Source: a virus
Length of the DNA stretch: 64,000 bases
Virus record (IMG/VR): IMGVR_UViG_3300028535_000001
Strand: one strand, 5' to 3'
The notes under the pieces were generated by a model that did not search any database, was not told the origin of the DNA, and saw only the letters and a program-made list of their open reading frames with translations. The translations under genes and the position numbers were made by a program. Shown one piece after another: positions 47,578 to 57,203 of this stretch (the first letter of the stretch is position 1; each line of letters opens with the position of its first letter).

Positions 47578-48482
47578 AATAACCTTTTGTGTACCTCGCC
47601 ACTATTTATCTCACTCATTTTCCATTGTGTATAGGCCATGTCATATAACCATTGTGTTCTATCTTTCTCTGGCATTACTGTTTCCTCTAACACATCTATA
47701 TTATGAAAAGACACTGGCCAAGCATGTGATGTTTTTGATAATGTGATAGTAGGTATACCAGCACAAACTGTTTCTACTAATGCATTACTTGAATATGATA
47801 TTGCAACTCTAGCATGATCTAGGTCTTTATATAAGTCTTTACTACTAGATTTATTAAAATCATCACCAACATGTTTACTAAAAATTATATTGTTTCTTAC
47901 TTTTAAATTTAATAAAGATCGTAAGTTATATCTTAAAGGAAATCTAGGGTGTAATCTAACCATAATGTCTTCAGCAGTATATTTTGAAATTTTTATTATA
48001 ATATCTTTTACCCAATTATCATAGTCACTATTTCTACTTACTAGATCATTTAAACTGGTGTCTACAGGATTTTGTAATAGTAATAAAATATAATCACCAT
48101 TTTTCTTCCATGGTTTTATCTCAATGTTTTGTTCTTTCTGTATCTTCAACCATCTACCTGGTTTACAGTTTTTATTATTAAAATTACCTTTATTGTAAGT
48201 ATAACAATCTCTACCTACTCTATAATAATAATCTGGTTTATCTATATTTAAATTCTGTCTAAAGGTTGCTTGTTCTACAACTAATATAGGTTTCTTTTGG
48301 TCTAAAATATATCTGTACATATCAGAGTTTATTATCTTCATTCTACCTAATATATTTGATTGAATATATGCGTCTGCTTTATGTTTATCTCTATCTTTAT
48401 ATTCTATAAGTTTAAAATCTTCATGTGTAGGGAAAACAAAACCAGCCTTGGTGTTAAATGCACCTTTGATACCTATAATCAT
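47574..48482 (-). CDS. Capsule-biosynthesis/GT-B-like protein
   Basis: LLLQNPVD, VRLHP, SSNALVETVCAGIP, YTQWKMSEI. Confidence 0.55.
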   Translation of the reverse strand: MIIGIKGAFNTKAGFVFPTHEDFKLIEYKDRDKHKADAYIQSNILGRMKIINSDMYRYILDQKKPILVVEQATFRQNLNIDKPDYYYRVGRDCYTYNKGNFNNKNCKPGRWLKIQKEQNIEIKPWKKNGDYILLLLQNPVDTSLNDLVSRNSDYDNWVKDIIIKISKYTAEDIMVRLHPRFPLRYNLRSLLNLKVRNNIIFSKHVGDDFNKSSSKDLYKDLDHARVAISYSSNALVETVCAGIPTITLSKTSHAWPVSFHNIDVLEETVMPEKDRTQWLYDMAYTQWKMSEINSGEVHKRLL

Positions 48483-49168
48483 AATCTAACCTTTGTTGTT
48501 ATATCATATAAATGAAACCATTCATCTGCATAATCTTGATTCTCATAATCTTTATACCAAGGACCACCTAATGTCCAATGGACATTTTTTGCGTCTGGAT
48601 TATAATTATATTCATTTACTAACCAGTTCCACTCTAAAGGTATATCACCTATCATATGTTCTCTTTCTAACCATTTAAATTGGTGTAAGTCTAAACCACT
48701 TGCCTTGTTAACATATTCAGGTGTTAGTGCTGTACATTGTGAATTGTGAAATAACATTACACTAGACCAGTTCTTTTTAGGAAACGTTAGATTTTTTGCA
48801 GCTCTAAATTTTACATCTTGTTTAGGTATATAATCATGTTTACAACACATAACAGAATATTTGTATGTAGCATGACCATATAAATCGTAAATATCTGATC
48901 TAAACATCATATCACAATCCATATAAACTGACCAGCCCTTATATTTTGATAGATAAGGTACTAAAAATCTGCTAAATGCAAAGTCTGTTGATTGATTGGA
49001 TTCTTTTGCTCTTTTAAATTCTCGTAAATTATTTAAACTTAATGGAGTTATACTTACAGGTCCACTAGCATGTGATCTAATACTTTCAGATAGTATGTGG
49101 TATGCTACTGGCTCACCATAATCATATCCTATAAAAACATTACAAGGAGTTGGTACAATATTAATCAT
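48479..49168 (-). CDS. Glycosyltransferase (GT8-like)
   Basis: VFIGYD, STDFAFSRFLVPYL, YMDCDM, KNWSSVMLF, HWTLGGPW. Confidence 0.85.
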   Translation of the reverse strand: MINIVPTPCNVFIGYDYGEPVAYHILSESIRSHASGPVSITPLSLNNLREFKRAKESNQSTDFAFSRFLVPYLSKYKGWSVYMDCDMMFRSDIYDLYGHATYKYSVMCCKHDYIPKQDVKFRAAKNLTFPKKNWSSVMLFHNSQCTALTPEYVNKASGLDLHQFKWLEREHMIGDIPLEWNWLVNEYNYNPDAKNVHWTLGGPWYKDYENQDYADEWFHLYDITTKVRL

Positions 49169-49842
49169 AATCTAGATTCTTTACTTTTACCTTTTATCTT
49201 TCTTATTCCTTTAGTATGGTCATATACTTTACCTAAAATTGATCTAGCTTGAACATGACCTACTCTTCCGTCGCCAATATCGTGGTTAATTACACCGTAT
49301 TTGTCCTCAAATCTCTTTCTAACTACATCAAATATCCATGAATCATGTTGTTGTTCTTCTTTAAAAAGTAAATCTTTATCATACATCTTTCTCATATCTG
49401 AAGCAAACTGTTTTATAAAACCATGTTTCATATTAAAATATATAAAACCACACTCACTATAAGTTGGTCTGTTAAGATAAGTTAACATACACTCGTCTCT
49501 ATGTAAATGTTTTTTAATCCAATTTACATCAATCTTTTTATAGAACACACTATCGGCGTCTATATACATAATGCTATCGTAATCTTTACTTTCTAAAATT
49601 GATTGTGTATATGCATATACTTTATAAGAAAATCTTACTGCGTCTTTAAGAAAACTTACAGGCATACTTACTTTGTTTCTGTCTACAAATTTTTTAAGTT
49701 CTGGTATTTTATCATACATATCAATATCTTCATTGTATATTTCTAATTCAAATGGCCACTTATACGTTTTTTTGAATCTTCGGGCATATTGTTTGTAGAG
49801 ATAATTGTTCCATGTACTAACGACTTTTATTTTCATGGCCAA
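49165..49842 (-). CDS. Putative nucleotide-sugar transferase
   Basis: DAVRFSYKV, YIDADS, SECGF, HDSWIFD, DHTKG. Confidence 0.65.
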   Translation of the reverse strand: MAMKIKVVSTWNNYLYKQYARRFKKTYKWPFELEIYNEDIDMYDKIPELKKFVDRNKVSMPVSFLKDAVRFSYKVYAYTQSILESKDYDSIMYIDADSVFYKKIDVNWIKKHLHRDECMLTYLNRPTYSECGFIYFNMKHGFIKQFASDMRKMYDKDLLFKEEQQHDSWIFDVVRKRFEDKYGVINHDIGDGRVGHVQARSILGKVYDHTKGIRKIKGKSKESRL

Positions 49843-50374
49843 CCTTTTGTATATAATAACTATCTACAATATCAGATAAAGGGTTACCACACTTTTCAGT
49901 GTCTAATATTTGTTTTAAATCTATTTTGGTTTCTTTTAGAAAGGATTCATACATCATATCTTTGTCTGCGTTTCCCTTTCCTGTTGCGCCTTTCTTAACA
50001 ACGCTCGGTACAACTGTATCGTAACTATAACCTTTGTCTTGTAATCTAAATTTGAGGATTCCACAATTTTCAGCAATTTGAAAAAGACCTTGACCTTTAG
50101 AGCCAAACGAGTAGCCTTCAATATAAATTTCTGTAGGAGTATGTATGGGAGTGAGTATATCAAATACAAAATCTGATATATTTTTGAATCTTTCAATAGG
50201 ATCAGTCCATGCTTTATGTTCATAACCAATTATATTCTCACTTTGTTGACCTTGCCATTTCTTTTTGGTGGTCAGATAATAAAAATTTAATTTACCATCA
50301 TTTATACAAACAGCTGGACTCGTTAAAGAGTAATCAATTCCAACTTTCGTGTTCTGCGTCTTCTGGTATATCAT
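49817..50374 (-). CDS. RuvC-like nuclease
   Basis: VGIDYS, IEGYSF, VKKGATGKGNADK, SDIVDSY. Confidence 0.8.
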   Translation of the reverse strand: MIYQKTQNTKVGIDYSLTSPAVCINDGKLNFYYLTTKKKWQGQQSENIIGYEHKAWTDPIERFKNISDFVFDILTPIHTPTEIYIEGYSFGSKGQGLFQIAENCGILKFRLQDKGYSYDTVVPSVVKKGATGKGNADKDMMYESFLKETKIDLKQILDTEKCGNPLSDIVDSYYIQKVGHENKSR

Positions 50375-50501
50375 TGTCTTCCTGTTCAACCTCATATCCA
50401 CAGAAAGGACAAGTAAGAGCTTCTAAATCGTTTTTCTCCTCATCCCATTCTACGGTATATTTAGTCTGACAATTAGAACAATGTTTTGTAACTCTTTCCA
50501 T
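50334..50501 (-). CDS. Small zinc-ribbon protein (55 aa, not in ORF track)
   Basis: MERVTKHCSNC..TCPFCG; coupled to the nrdB stop. Confidence 0.7.
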   Translation of the reverse strand: MERVTKHCSNCQTKYTVEWDEEKNDLEALTCPFCGYEVEQEDNDIPEDAEHESWN

Positions 50502-51604
50502 TACAGCTTAAATTTTTTAAATTGATTTTTGGTAACGTCTTGTTTTATTCCACCAACTACATAAGATTCTATTTCAGTTTCTTGTGGTGCATTTTGATTT
50601 GATCTACTGTTTAACCAATGTTCAACCCACGGTAGTGAGTTTTGTTTTTGTTCGTAAGAAGGAGTTAAACCTATAGCTTTCATACGTCTATTAGCCATGT
50701 ATTCTATAAATTGGTGTAATAACTTTTCTGATAAACCAATCATAGACCCTTTACTGAATAGGTATGTTGCCCAACGTTTCTCATCATGTACTGCGTCATC
50801 GTACATTTTATAAACTTCTTTATCACAATCTTTGATTACTTTTAACATTTCTTTATCGTTTTCGTAATCTGTCCAATTGTTAATAATTTTTTGTGACATT
50901 GCTAAGTGTTGACTTTCATCCCTTGCAATAAAGGATATAATTTTAGCAGAGCCTTCTAATTTTTTAAGTTCACCAAATGCAAAACTGCAAGCAAATGATA
51001 CATAAAATCTTAAACCCTCTAGTATGTTTACCGAAATCATAGCCAGATATAATCTTTTCTTTAATTCATACATATCAACTTTATCTGGATTCAAATGCCA
51101 TCTATGACCCATATCAATTAATTCATCATAGGTTTTAGTGACATTAGCTGCTCGTTCTTCTATTTTCTTGTCTTCTATTATCGTATCAAATACTTCACTT
51201 GGATTTGAATATAAATTTTTAATGATGTATGTATAAGATCGTGAGTGTATTGTTTCCATGAAATCCCAAGTAATTATACAACTTTCTAATTCTGGTATTG
51301 ATACTAAAGGTAAAAATGCTAGACAAGGTCCTCTACCTTGTACACTATCTAACATAGTTTGATACTTTAAATTAGATGTAAATATAAACTTTTGTCCTTC
51401 AGATAAATCCAAGTAATCATTTCTATCTTTCTGTAAAGATATTTCTTCAGGTCTCCAAAAATAACCAAGTTGTTGTTGGCATAACTTGTCAAATATAGGA
51501 TATTTCATATTATCATATCTTTGTACAGACAAATCGGGTCCAAAAAACATTAACTGTTTTGTTGTATCTATTCCTTTTGTTTTATTAAAAACTGTTTTAC
51601 TCAT
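50501..51604 (-). CDS. nrdB: Ribonucleotide reductase class Ia beta subunit
   Basis: FWRPEE, ETIHSRSY, EGLRFYVSF, RDESQH, APQETEIESY. Confidence 0.97.
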   Translation of the reverse strand: MSKTVFNKTKGIDTTKQLMFFGPDLSVQRYDNMKYPIFDKLCQQQLGYFWRPEEISLQKDRNDYLDLSEGQKFIFTSNLKYQTMLDSVQGRGPCLAFLPLVSIPELESCIITWDFMETIHSRSYTYIIKNLYSNPSEVFDTIIEDKKIEERAANVTKTYDELIDMGHRWHLNPDKVDMYELKKRLYLAMISVNILEGLRFYVSFACSFAFGELKKLEGSAKIISFIARDESQHLAMSQKIINNWTDYENDKEMLKVIKDCDKEVYKMYDDAVHDEKRWATYLFSKGSMIGLSEKLLHQFIEYMANRRMKAIGLTPSYEQKQNSLPWVEHWLNSRSNQNAPQETEIESYVVGGIKQDVTKNQFKKFKL

Positions 51605-51621
51605 AAAATTTATTTATTATA

Positions 51622-53931
51622 TTAAATATTGCAACTATCACAATCTTCCTCTTTGGTTTCCTCTTTAGGTTCTTCAGGTGTGATAGGTGTATCGTAATCT
51701 ATAGAGTGTTTAGGTTCTTCTATATCTCTTTTACTATCGTATGTGTTTTGGTAGTATGATGTTTTCCAACCATACTTATATGTATTTAATAAATCTTCTA
51801 CCATTACTGAAACAGGTACTTGATTATCTTCAAAATGATCTGGATTATAAGACCAGTTACCTGATATAGCTTGGTCAAAGTACTTTTGCATTACTGCGAC
51901 AACGTTTATATATCCTTCGTTACTAGGCATATCCCATAATAACGTATAAAAATTCTTTAATTTATTATATTCAGGTACTATTTGTTTTAATGTACCTTTT
52001 TTAGACTTCTTAATTGATAAGTGGTCTCTAGGTGGTTCAATGCCGTTTGTAGCATTTGAAACCACACTAGAAGACTCGGAAGGCATTTGGGCTGATAGAG
52101 TACTATGTCGCAGCCCAAATTCTTTAATATCTGCTCGTAATTTGTCCCATTTCATTGATAGTTTACGATTTACAATTTCATCAACTTCTTTTTTGTAAGT
52201 ATCTATTGGTAATATTCCATCTGCGTATTTTGTTCTATGAAATAATTCACACTTACCTTTTTCTTTTGCAAGTTCATTACTTGTTTGTAATAAGTAAAAT
52301 TGAAAAGCCTCTGTTAATTTATCTACTTCTCTCCAAGCACCTTTGTCTTCATATTTGTGTCCAGTTTTTGCTAGATAATGTGCAAGGCCAATATAACCAA
52401 CACCTAATGATCGTCTTTGTTTGGTAGATATTTCAGCGGCCTTTACTGGATATTTTTGATGATCTATCATTTCTTCTAATGCTCTTACTGTAAGATCGCA
52501 TAGTTCTTCCAGTTCAATTGGATCGTTGATCTTACCTACATTGATTGCTGATAGAATACATAGTGCAATCTCTCCTGGACCATCTATATGTTGGATAGGA
52601 GTGGTTGGGAGTGTGATCTCTTGGCATAGGTTACTCATAGTCACTATATCTTTAAATGATGAGTGAGTATTGCAATGGTCTATATTCATTATATAAATTC
52701 TGCCTGTTTCTGCTCTTTCTTTTAATATGTCAAAGAATAATTTTTGTGCTGATATTTTTCTTTTATGTACACTTGTTTTTCTTTCTGCTTTTAAATACAT
52801 ATCATCAAATTCTGGTGTTCCCCATACATCATAAAGTTCTGGTACTTCGTGTGGTGAGAATAGTGTTATTTCTTCTTCATTAATAAATCTTTCATAAAAT
52901 AATTTTGATAACTGTATAGAATAATCTAATTTTCTAACTCTGTTATCTTCCGTACCTTTATTATTTTTTAAAACTATAATATCTTCTATTTCTTGGTGCC
53001 AAATAGGGAAGTGAACAGTTGCCGAACCTCCACGTACTCCGTTTTGAGTACAACACTTAACCGTTGCTTCAAATTTTTTAAGGAAAGGAATAACTCCTGT
53101 ATGTTGGACTTCTCCCCCTCGGATTCTTGCATTAATTCCTCGTACTCTACCTGCGTTGATACCGATACCGGCTCTTTGAGCAACGTAATTTCCAATAGCC
53201 ATGTCACTACTGAATATGCTAGGTAAAGTATCGTCAACGTCAACAAGTACACAACTAGCATACTGCTTAATAGGAGTACGAACACCAGCCATAACAGGAG
53301 TTGGAATATTAATTTTAAAATTGGATATAGCGTCATAATATTTCTTAACATAGGTCATTCTCCTTTGTTTTGAATAATTTTGAAAAAGTGTAGCAGATAT
53401 TAACATATACATAAATTGAGGAGTTTCAAAAACTTCTCCACTTGATCTATCTTGTACTAGATACTTGTCAATGACTTGTCTTAAGCCTGCATATGTAAAG
53501 GTATTATCTTTGTCATGTGTAATCCAATTCTGCATTCTACTAAAATCTTTTTTATCATATTTTTTTAAAATTTCTGGATCGTATACACCTTTTTCAATAC
53601 ACTTCTCTACATGATCGTAGATGTGTGGATGATCCCATAATCTACCAATAACTTGTTTTCTTAAACTGAACAATAATAGTCTAGCAGCCACGTATTGGTA
53701 GTTGGGATTTTCTAGGGAGATTAAATCTGAAGCTGACTTGATTAAAATTTGTTGTATATCATTTGTGGTAATACCATCATAAAATTGGAGGCCACTATTC
53801 ATTTCAACTTGTGAGGCTGATACACCTTTTATATCTTCACAAGCATACTCAACCATTTCATGTATCTTATCAATATTAAGAGGTTCACTTCCTCTTCCAT
53901 TTCTTTTTTCAACGTTTATTTTATCAATCAT
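51622..53931 (-). CDS. nrdA: Ribonucleotide reductase class Ia alpha subunit
   Basis: ATP cone, PTPVMAG, ASCVL, SNLCQEI, KTSYY, C-terminal CDSC. Confidence 0.97.
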   Translation of the reverse strand: MIDKINVEKRNGRGSEPLNIDKIHEMVEYACEDIKGVSASQVEMNSGLQFYDGITTNDIQQILIKSASDLISLENPNYQYVAARLLLFSLRKQVIGRLWDHPHIYDHVEKCIEKGVYDPEILKKYDKKDFSRMQNWITHDKDNTFTYAGLRQVIDKYLVQDRSSGEVFETPQFMYMLISATLFQNYSKQRRMTYVKKYYDAISNFKINIPTPVMAGVRTPIKQYASCVLVDVDDTLPSIFSSDMAIGNYVAQRAGIGINAGRVRGINARIRGGEVQHTGVIPFLKKFEATVKCCTQNGVRGGSATVHFPIWHQEIEDIIVLKNNKGTEDNRVRKLDYSIQLSKLFYERFINEEEITLFSPHEVPELYDVWGTPEFDDMYLKAERKTSVHKRKISAQKLFFDILKERAETGRIYIMNIDHCNTHSSFKDIVTMSNLCQEITLPTTPIQHIDGPGEIALCILSAINVGKINDPIELEELCDLTVRALEEMIDHQKYPVKAAEISTKQRRSLGVGYIGLAHYLAKTGHKYEDKGAWREVDKLTEAFQFYLLQTSNELAKEKGKCELFHRTKYADGILPIDTYKKEVDEIVNRKLSMKWDKLRADIKEFGLRHSTLSAQMPSESSSVVSNATNGIEPPRDHLSIKKSKKGTLKQIVPEYNKLKNFYTLLWDMPSNEGYINVVAVMQKYFDQAISGNWSYNPDHFEDNQVPVSVMVEDLLNTYKYGWKTSYYQNTYDSKRDIEEPKHSIDYDTPITPEEPKEETKEEDCDSCNI

Positions 53932-54929
53932 TTTATTTTTTTCCAATGGTTTAATTTAGTGAGAGCACTTAATTGTGAGTAAGTATTCGTCTTTATAATA
54001 TCTGTAATTTTATTAATTGTAAAGCCACCAAGAATCATATCATTAATATCTTTAAATTGTAAATCTTCTGGCCATATAACAATGTTGAAATCAGAATCAA
54101 TCATCTTATACATGCGATTTATAATTTCTTTATTTCTTGGTTCGTTGTCAAATATATAGGTTATCCTATTGTTCGGTACTTTGTTATTTAAAGACAAATC
54201 GGCACCAGCAGCTGCGATACAATTGCCAATGAACAATGAATCAAACGGACCTTCAACTATATATACATGATCTTGAAAATTTAAACGTTCTAATCCAAAA
54301 ACTTTTTGTTTGTTTTCGTTTAGCTTAATTGTTAAGTATTTAGGAATATCACGTCCTAAACTACGACCTTGAAAAGCAAATAACTCACCAGTTGTATCGT
54401 AAAAAGGAATAATGATCCTATTGTGATCCTTTTGAGTTTTATATGTATTTGGTTTAACTTTATTAACAAGCTGTTGAAATTTTTCTACATAATATAACTT
54501 ATCAAAAAATTCTTCAGGTATTTTTCTATCTATTAAATATTTTTTTGCAACATGTTCATCATCTAAATCTTTAATTACTTTACAATCGTTTAATATATTA
54601 ATTTTAAATACAGGTTTTTCAAATTTCCAATTTGGTTCAGGTGTAGATGGTGCTGACCCTTTATATCTTTCTAATAGATATTCTTTGTGTAGTTTAGGGT
54701 CTATAAATTTTAAGAAGTTAGTAAAGTTTTGTCCTTGGCCACAATTATGGCATTTAAAGAACATATCATTTTTTACTCTATAAAAATATGCTCTTGCTTT
54801 ACTTTTAGATTTTTTAGAATCACCACAATGAGGACAACGAAAGTTAAACAGATAGTCTGTTTTCTGTTTAAACTGTTGCAACCTTCCCGATAGTTGATTG
54901 ATAAATTTTAGATCAATATAAGATGACAT
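53928..54929 (-). CDS. 61: DNA primase gp61
   Basis: NFRCPHCGDS..FKCHNC zinc site; VEGPFDSLF and FDNEPRN TOPRIM. Confidence 0.95.
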   Translation of the reverse strand: MSSYIDLKFINQLSGRLQQFKQKTDYLFNFRCPHCGDSKKSKSKARAYFYRVKNDMFFKCHNCGQGQNFTNFLKFIDPKLHKEYLLERYKGSAPSTPEPNWKFEKPVFKINILNDCKVIKDLDDEHVAKKYLIDRKIPEEFFDKLYYVEKFQQLVNKVKPNTYKTQKDHNRIIIPFYDTTGELFAFQGRSLGRDIPKYLTIKLNENKQKVFGLERLNFQDHVYIVEGPFDSLFIGNCIAAAGADLSLNNKVPNNRITYIFDNEPRNKEIINRMYKMIDSDFNIVIWPEDLQFKDINDMILGGFTINKITDIIKTNTYSQLSALTKLNHWKKIK

Positions 54930-54939
54930 AGTAAAGAAT

Positions 54940-54968
54940 ACTATACACCATTACTATGAAATTGTCAA
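54940..54968 (-). promoter_or_regulatory. Sigma70-type promoter for primase-nrdAB
   Basis: TTGACA-17nt-TATAGT. Confidence 0.78.
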
Positions 54969-54970
54969 GC

Positions 54971-55414
54971 TTAATTGAAAAATGAAAGCAAAGGGAAAAA
55001 ACCTTTTTTGGATAACATTAAAACCGTTATAGACTCTACGGCAATAAAGGCACCTATAATAATCCACTTGTACTTTTCTAACATACTAATTCTACCTCTA
55101 AATTCGGTTTTTATCTCAATCAGTTCATTTTTTATACGTTTTTCAGATTCTTCTATTTTATCAGAAAGTTCTTTTTCTATACTTATCGTCTCACTGGCTC
55201 TTATCTTTAGTTTAGAAAATATCACATCATCTATCTTTTCCTGGTGTTCAATCTTCTCCTCGTGTACAGCCAGCATAGATTTAATAGAAGATGATACCTC
55301 TGTCAACTTATCAATAGCTACATCTAATCTATGTTGTATATTATTAATCTGTTGTACATCTTTAGTTAATTCTGCTAATTGTACGTGTATTTCTGTGTGG
55401 TTATTTTCTGCCAT
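54971..55414 (-). CDS. Coiled-coil protein with C-terminal TM
   Basis: RLDVAIDKLTEVS..MLAVHEEKI..LEKYKWIIIGA; late promoter at 55436. Confidence 0.7.
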   Translation of the reverse strand: MAENNHTEIHVQLAELTKDVQQINNIQHRLDVAIDKLTEVSSSIKSMLAVHEEKIEHQEKIDDVIFSKLKIRASETISIEKELSDKIEESEKRIKNELIEIKTEFRGRISMLEKYKWIIIGAFIAVESITVLMLSKKGFFPLLSFFN

Positions 55415-55435
55415 AGTGTTTTATTTGTTTATCAA

Positions 55436-55443
55436 TATTTATA
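55436..55443 (-). promoter_or_regulatory. Late promoter TATAAATA
   Basis: Exact motif. Confidence 0.65.
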
Positions 55444-55561
55444 ATAGTTTCAGTTTCACATGCTTTTAAATACGTTAATTTTTGTGAGCAGGTCCACAAT
55501 ACGCACCAACATAAAAAAAACTTTATGAAGGTCCAAAATATCTTTCTTATCAGACAGCCTC

Positions 55562-57196
55562 CTAAATTGTGTAGATAGATACCATATTAGATTTGCCTTT
55601 AACTTTAACCATATCTAATTTCTTCCAATCGTATTTTGATCTTAGCATTCTGTATGTATCATAACCTACAATTAATGTTGCGTCATAATTTTTACTTACA
55701 CCTTCTAATCTACTTGCAAGATTAACGGCGTCACCTAAAACAGAATAATCAAAACGTTGATCTGATCCCATATTACCAACTACAGCAGGACCTGAATTTA
55801 TTCCTATGCCGATGTTTATCTTAATATCTGGACCAAAACTATCACTGTCATTTAATTCTTTTAATTTGTTCATCATTTCACATGCCGAGTTAACTGCAAG
55901 TGATCTATGATTATGTTGTTGTATTGGAGCATTCCAAAATGCCATAATACAATCGCCCATGTACTTATCAATAGTACCACCATTTTTCATTATAATGTTT
56001 GTCATGGGTGTTAAAAATTTATTTATAACTTTTGTAAGACCTTGTGGATCAGATTGAAATTTTTCTGAAATAGGAGTAAATCCTCTTATGTCACAAAATA
56101 AAAAAGTCATATCTCTTGTATCACCACCTAATTTTAAAAGTTCAGGATTTTTCTGCAACTTCTTAACCATATCTGGTGCTAGGTAATGTTCAAATTGTTT
56201 TTTGATTTGTAATTTTAATCTATTCTCTCTTGCAAAGTTATTGTATATCAAGTGTGCCCATACTATACTTCCTATTACTGCGATTGATGACCAATCTGTA
56301 AGTATCATATGTTTTTGCCATAGATAACCACTTGTAAGTGCTAAATCAAAATAAAAACCGACTAAAATTGCGGCTGACCAAAATAAGTCAACTCTAGGTA
56401 AAACTATTAAAAAGAAACCTAATGTTAATAATAAAGCAATCCATTCTGCCATAGGTGCCCAATCAGGTCTTTTTATATACTCACCTGATAATAAAGTTTC
56501 TGTTGACAAGGCCGCTATTTCGTGTGTGTTCTTTAAACCATTAGGTGTAAGTACAAAAGTGGAACCATCAAATGTAGCACCTATGAATACTATCTTACCT
56601 TTCATAGATGACCAATCTTTATCTGTATAATCTATTCTAGGTATTCTATGTCTGAAATCAATCCATATACTATCTTGGTCAGGTATTGGAAACTTGATTA
56701 TGGATAAAATCTTTTCCGGCACGGAATTATCCAAGGATAAAATTCGTATAACAGAGTCAACGCCCACTTTCACTTCCACGTTAGCGATAGCGAGAGATTT
56801 CCTTTCAATACTCTTTAAGTTCTTAGCTGTACTTGTTTCAGTTAGAATAACTGGATACTTTGAGATCATCTTCAAAAACATTTCATCACCACCTAGCCTA
56901 TCTTTGTGAACAAATACTACGTTCAAAAATACTAGAGCTGCACCATTTTTATATGCATTGATGATAGTACGACCTAATATGTCTCTCTTCCAAGGCCATT
57001 GACCTTGTTTCTTTAATGCTTCATTTGATATATCTAACAACACAAGACTTTTAGACTCATAGTTATCGCCAAGTGTTTGATATAGATCAAAGGTCTTTAG
57101 TTGGAGGGTTTGTAAAGGTACTGGATTATATAATTTTAATCCTAATAGTATTAATACACTTACTATTACTGCCCAAATGGAAGTAAATTTAGTCAT
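55562..57196 (-). CDS. CHASE2-domain class III adenylate cyclase
   Basis: N-terminal TM, GQWPWKR CHASE2 motif, 3 TM, FCDIRGFT, DKYMGDCIMAFW, DYSVLGDAVNLASRLE. Confidence 0.93.
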   Translation of the reverse strand: MTKFTSIWAVIVSVLILLGLKLYNPVPLQTLQLKTFDLYQTLGDNYESKSLVLLDISNEALKKQGQWPWKRDILGRTIINAYKNGAALVFLNVVFVHKDRLGGDEMFLKMISKYPVILTETSTAKNLKSIERKSLAIANVEVKVGVDSVIRILSLDNSVPEKILSIIKFPIPDQDSIWIDFRHRIPRIDYTDKDWSSMKGKIVFIGATFDGSTFVLTPNGLKNTHEIAALSTETLLSGEYIKRPDWAPMAEWIALLLTLGFFLIVLPRVDLFWSAAILVGFYFDLALTSGYLWQKHMILTDWSSIAVIGSIVWAHLIYNNFARENRLKLQIKKQFEHYLAPDMVKKLQKNPELLKLGGDTRDMTFLFCDIRGFTPISEKFQSDPQGLTKVINKFLTPMTNIIMKNGGTIDKYMGDCIMAFWNAPIQQHNHRSLAVNSACEMMNKLKELNDSDSFGPDIKINIGIGINSGPAVVGNMGSDQRFDYSVLGDAVNLASRLEGVSKNYDATLIVGYDTYRMLRSKYDWKKLDMVKVKGKSNMVSIYTI

Positions 57197-57203
57197 ATCA
57201 TAT

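Noticed and set aside
50501-53946. Introns, inteins or homing endonucleases in nrdA/nrdB
   Set aside because: Both ORFs are continuous and of normal length.
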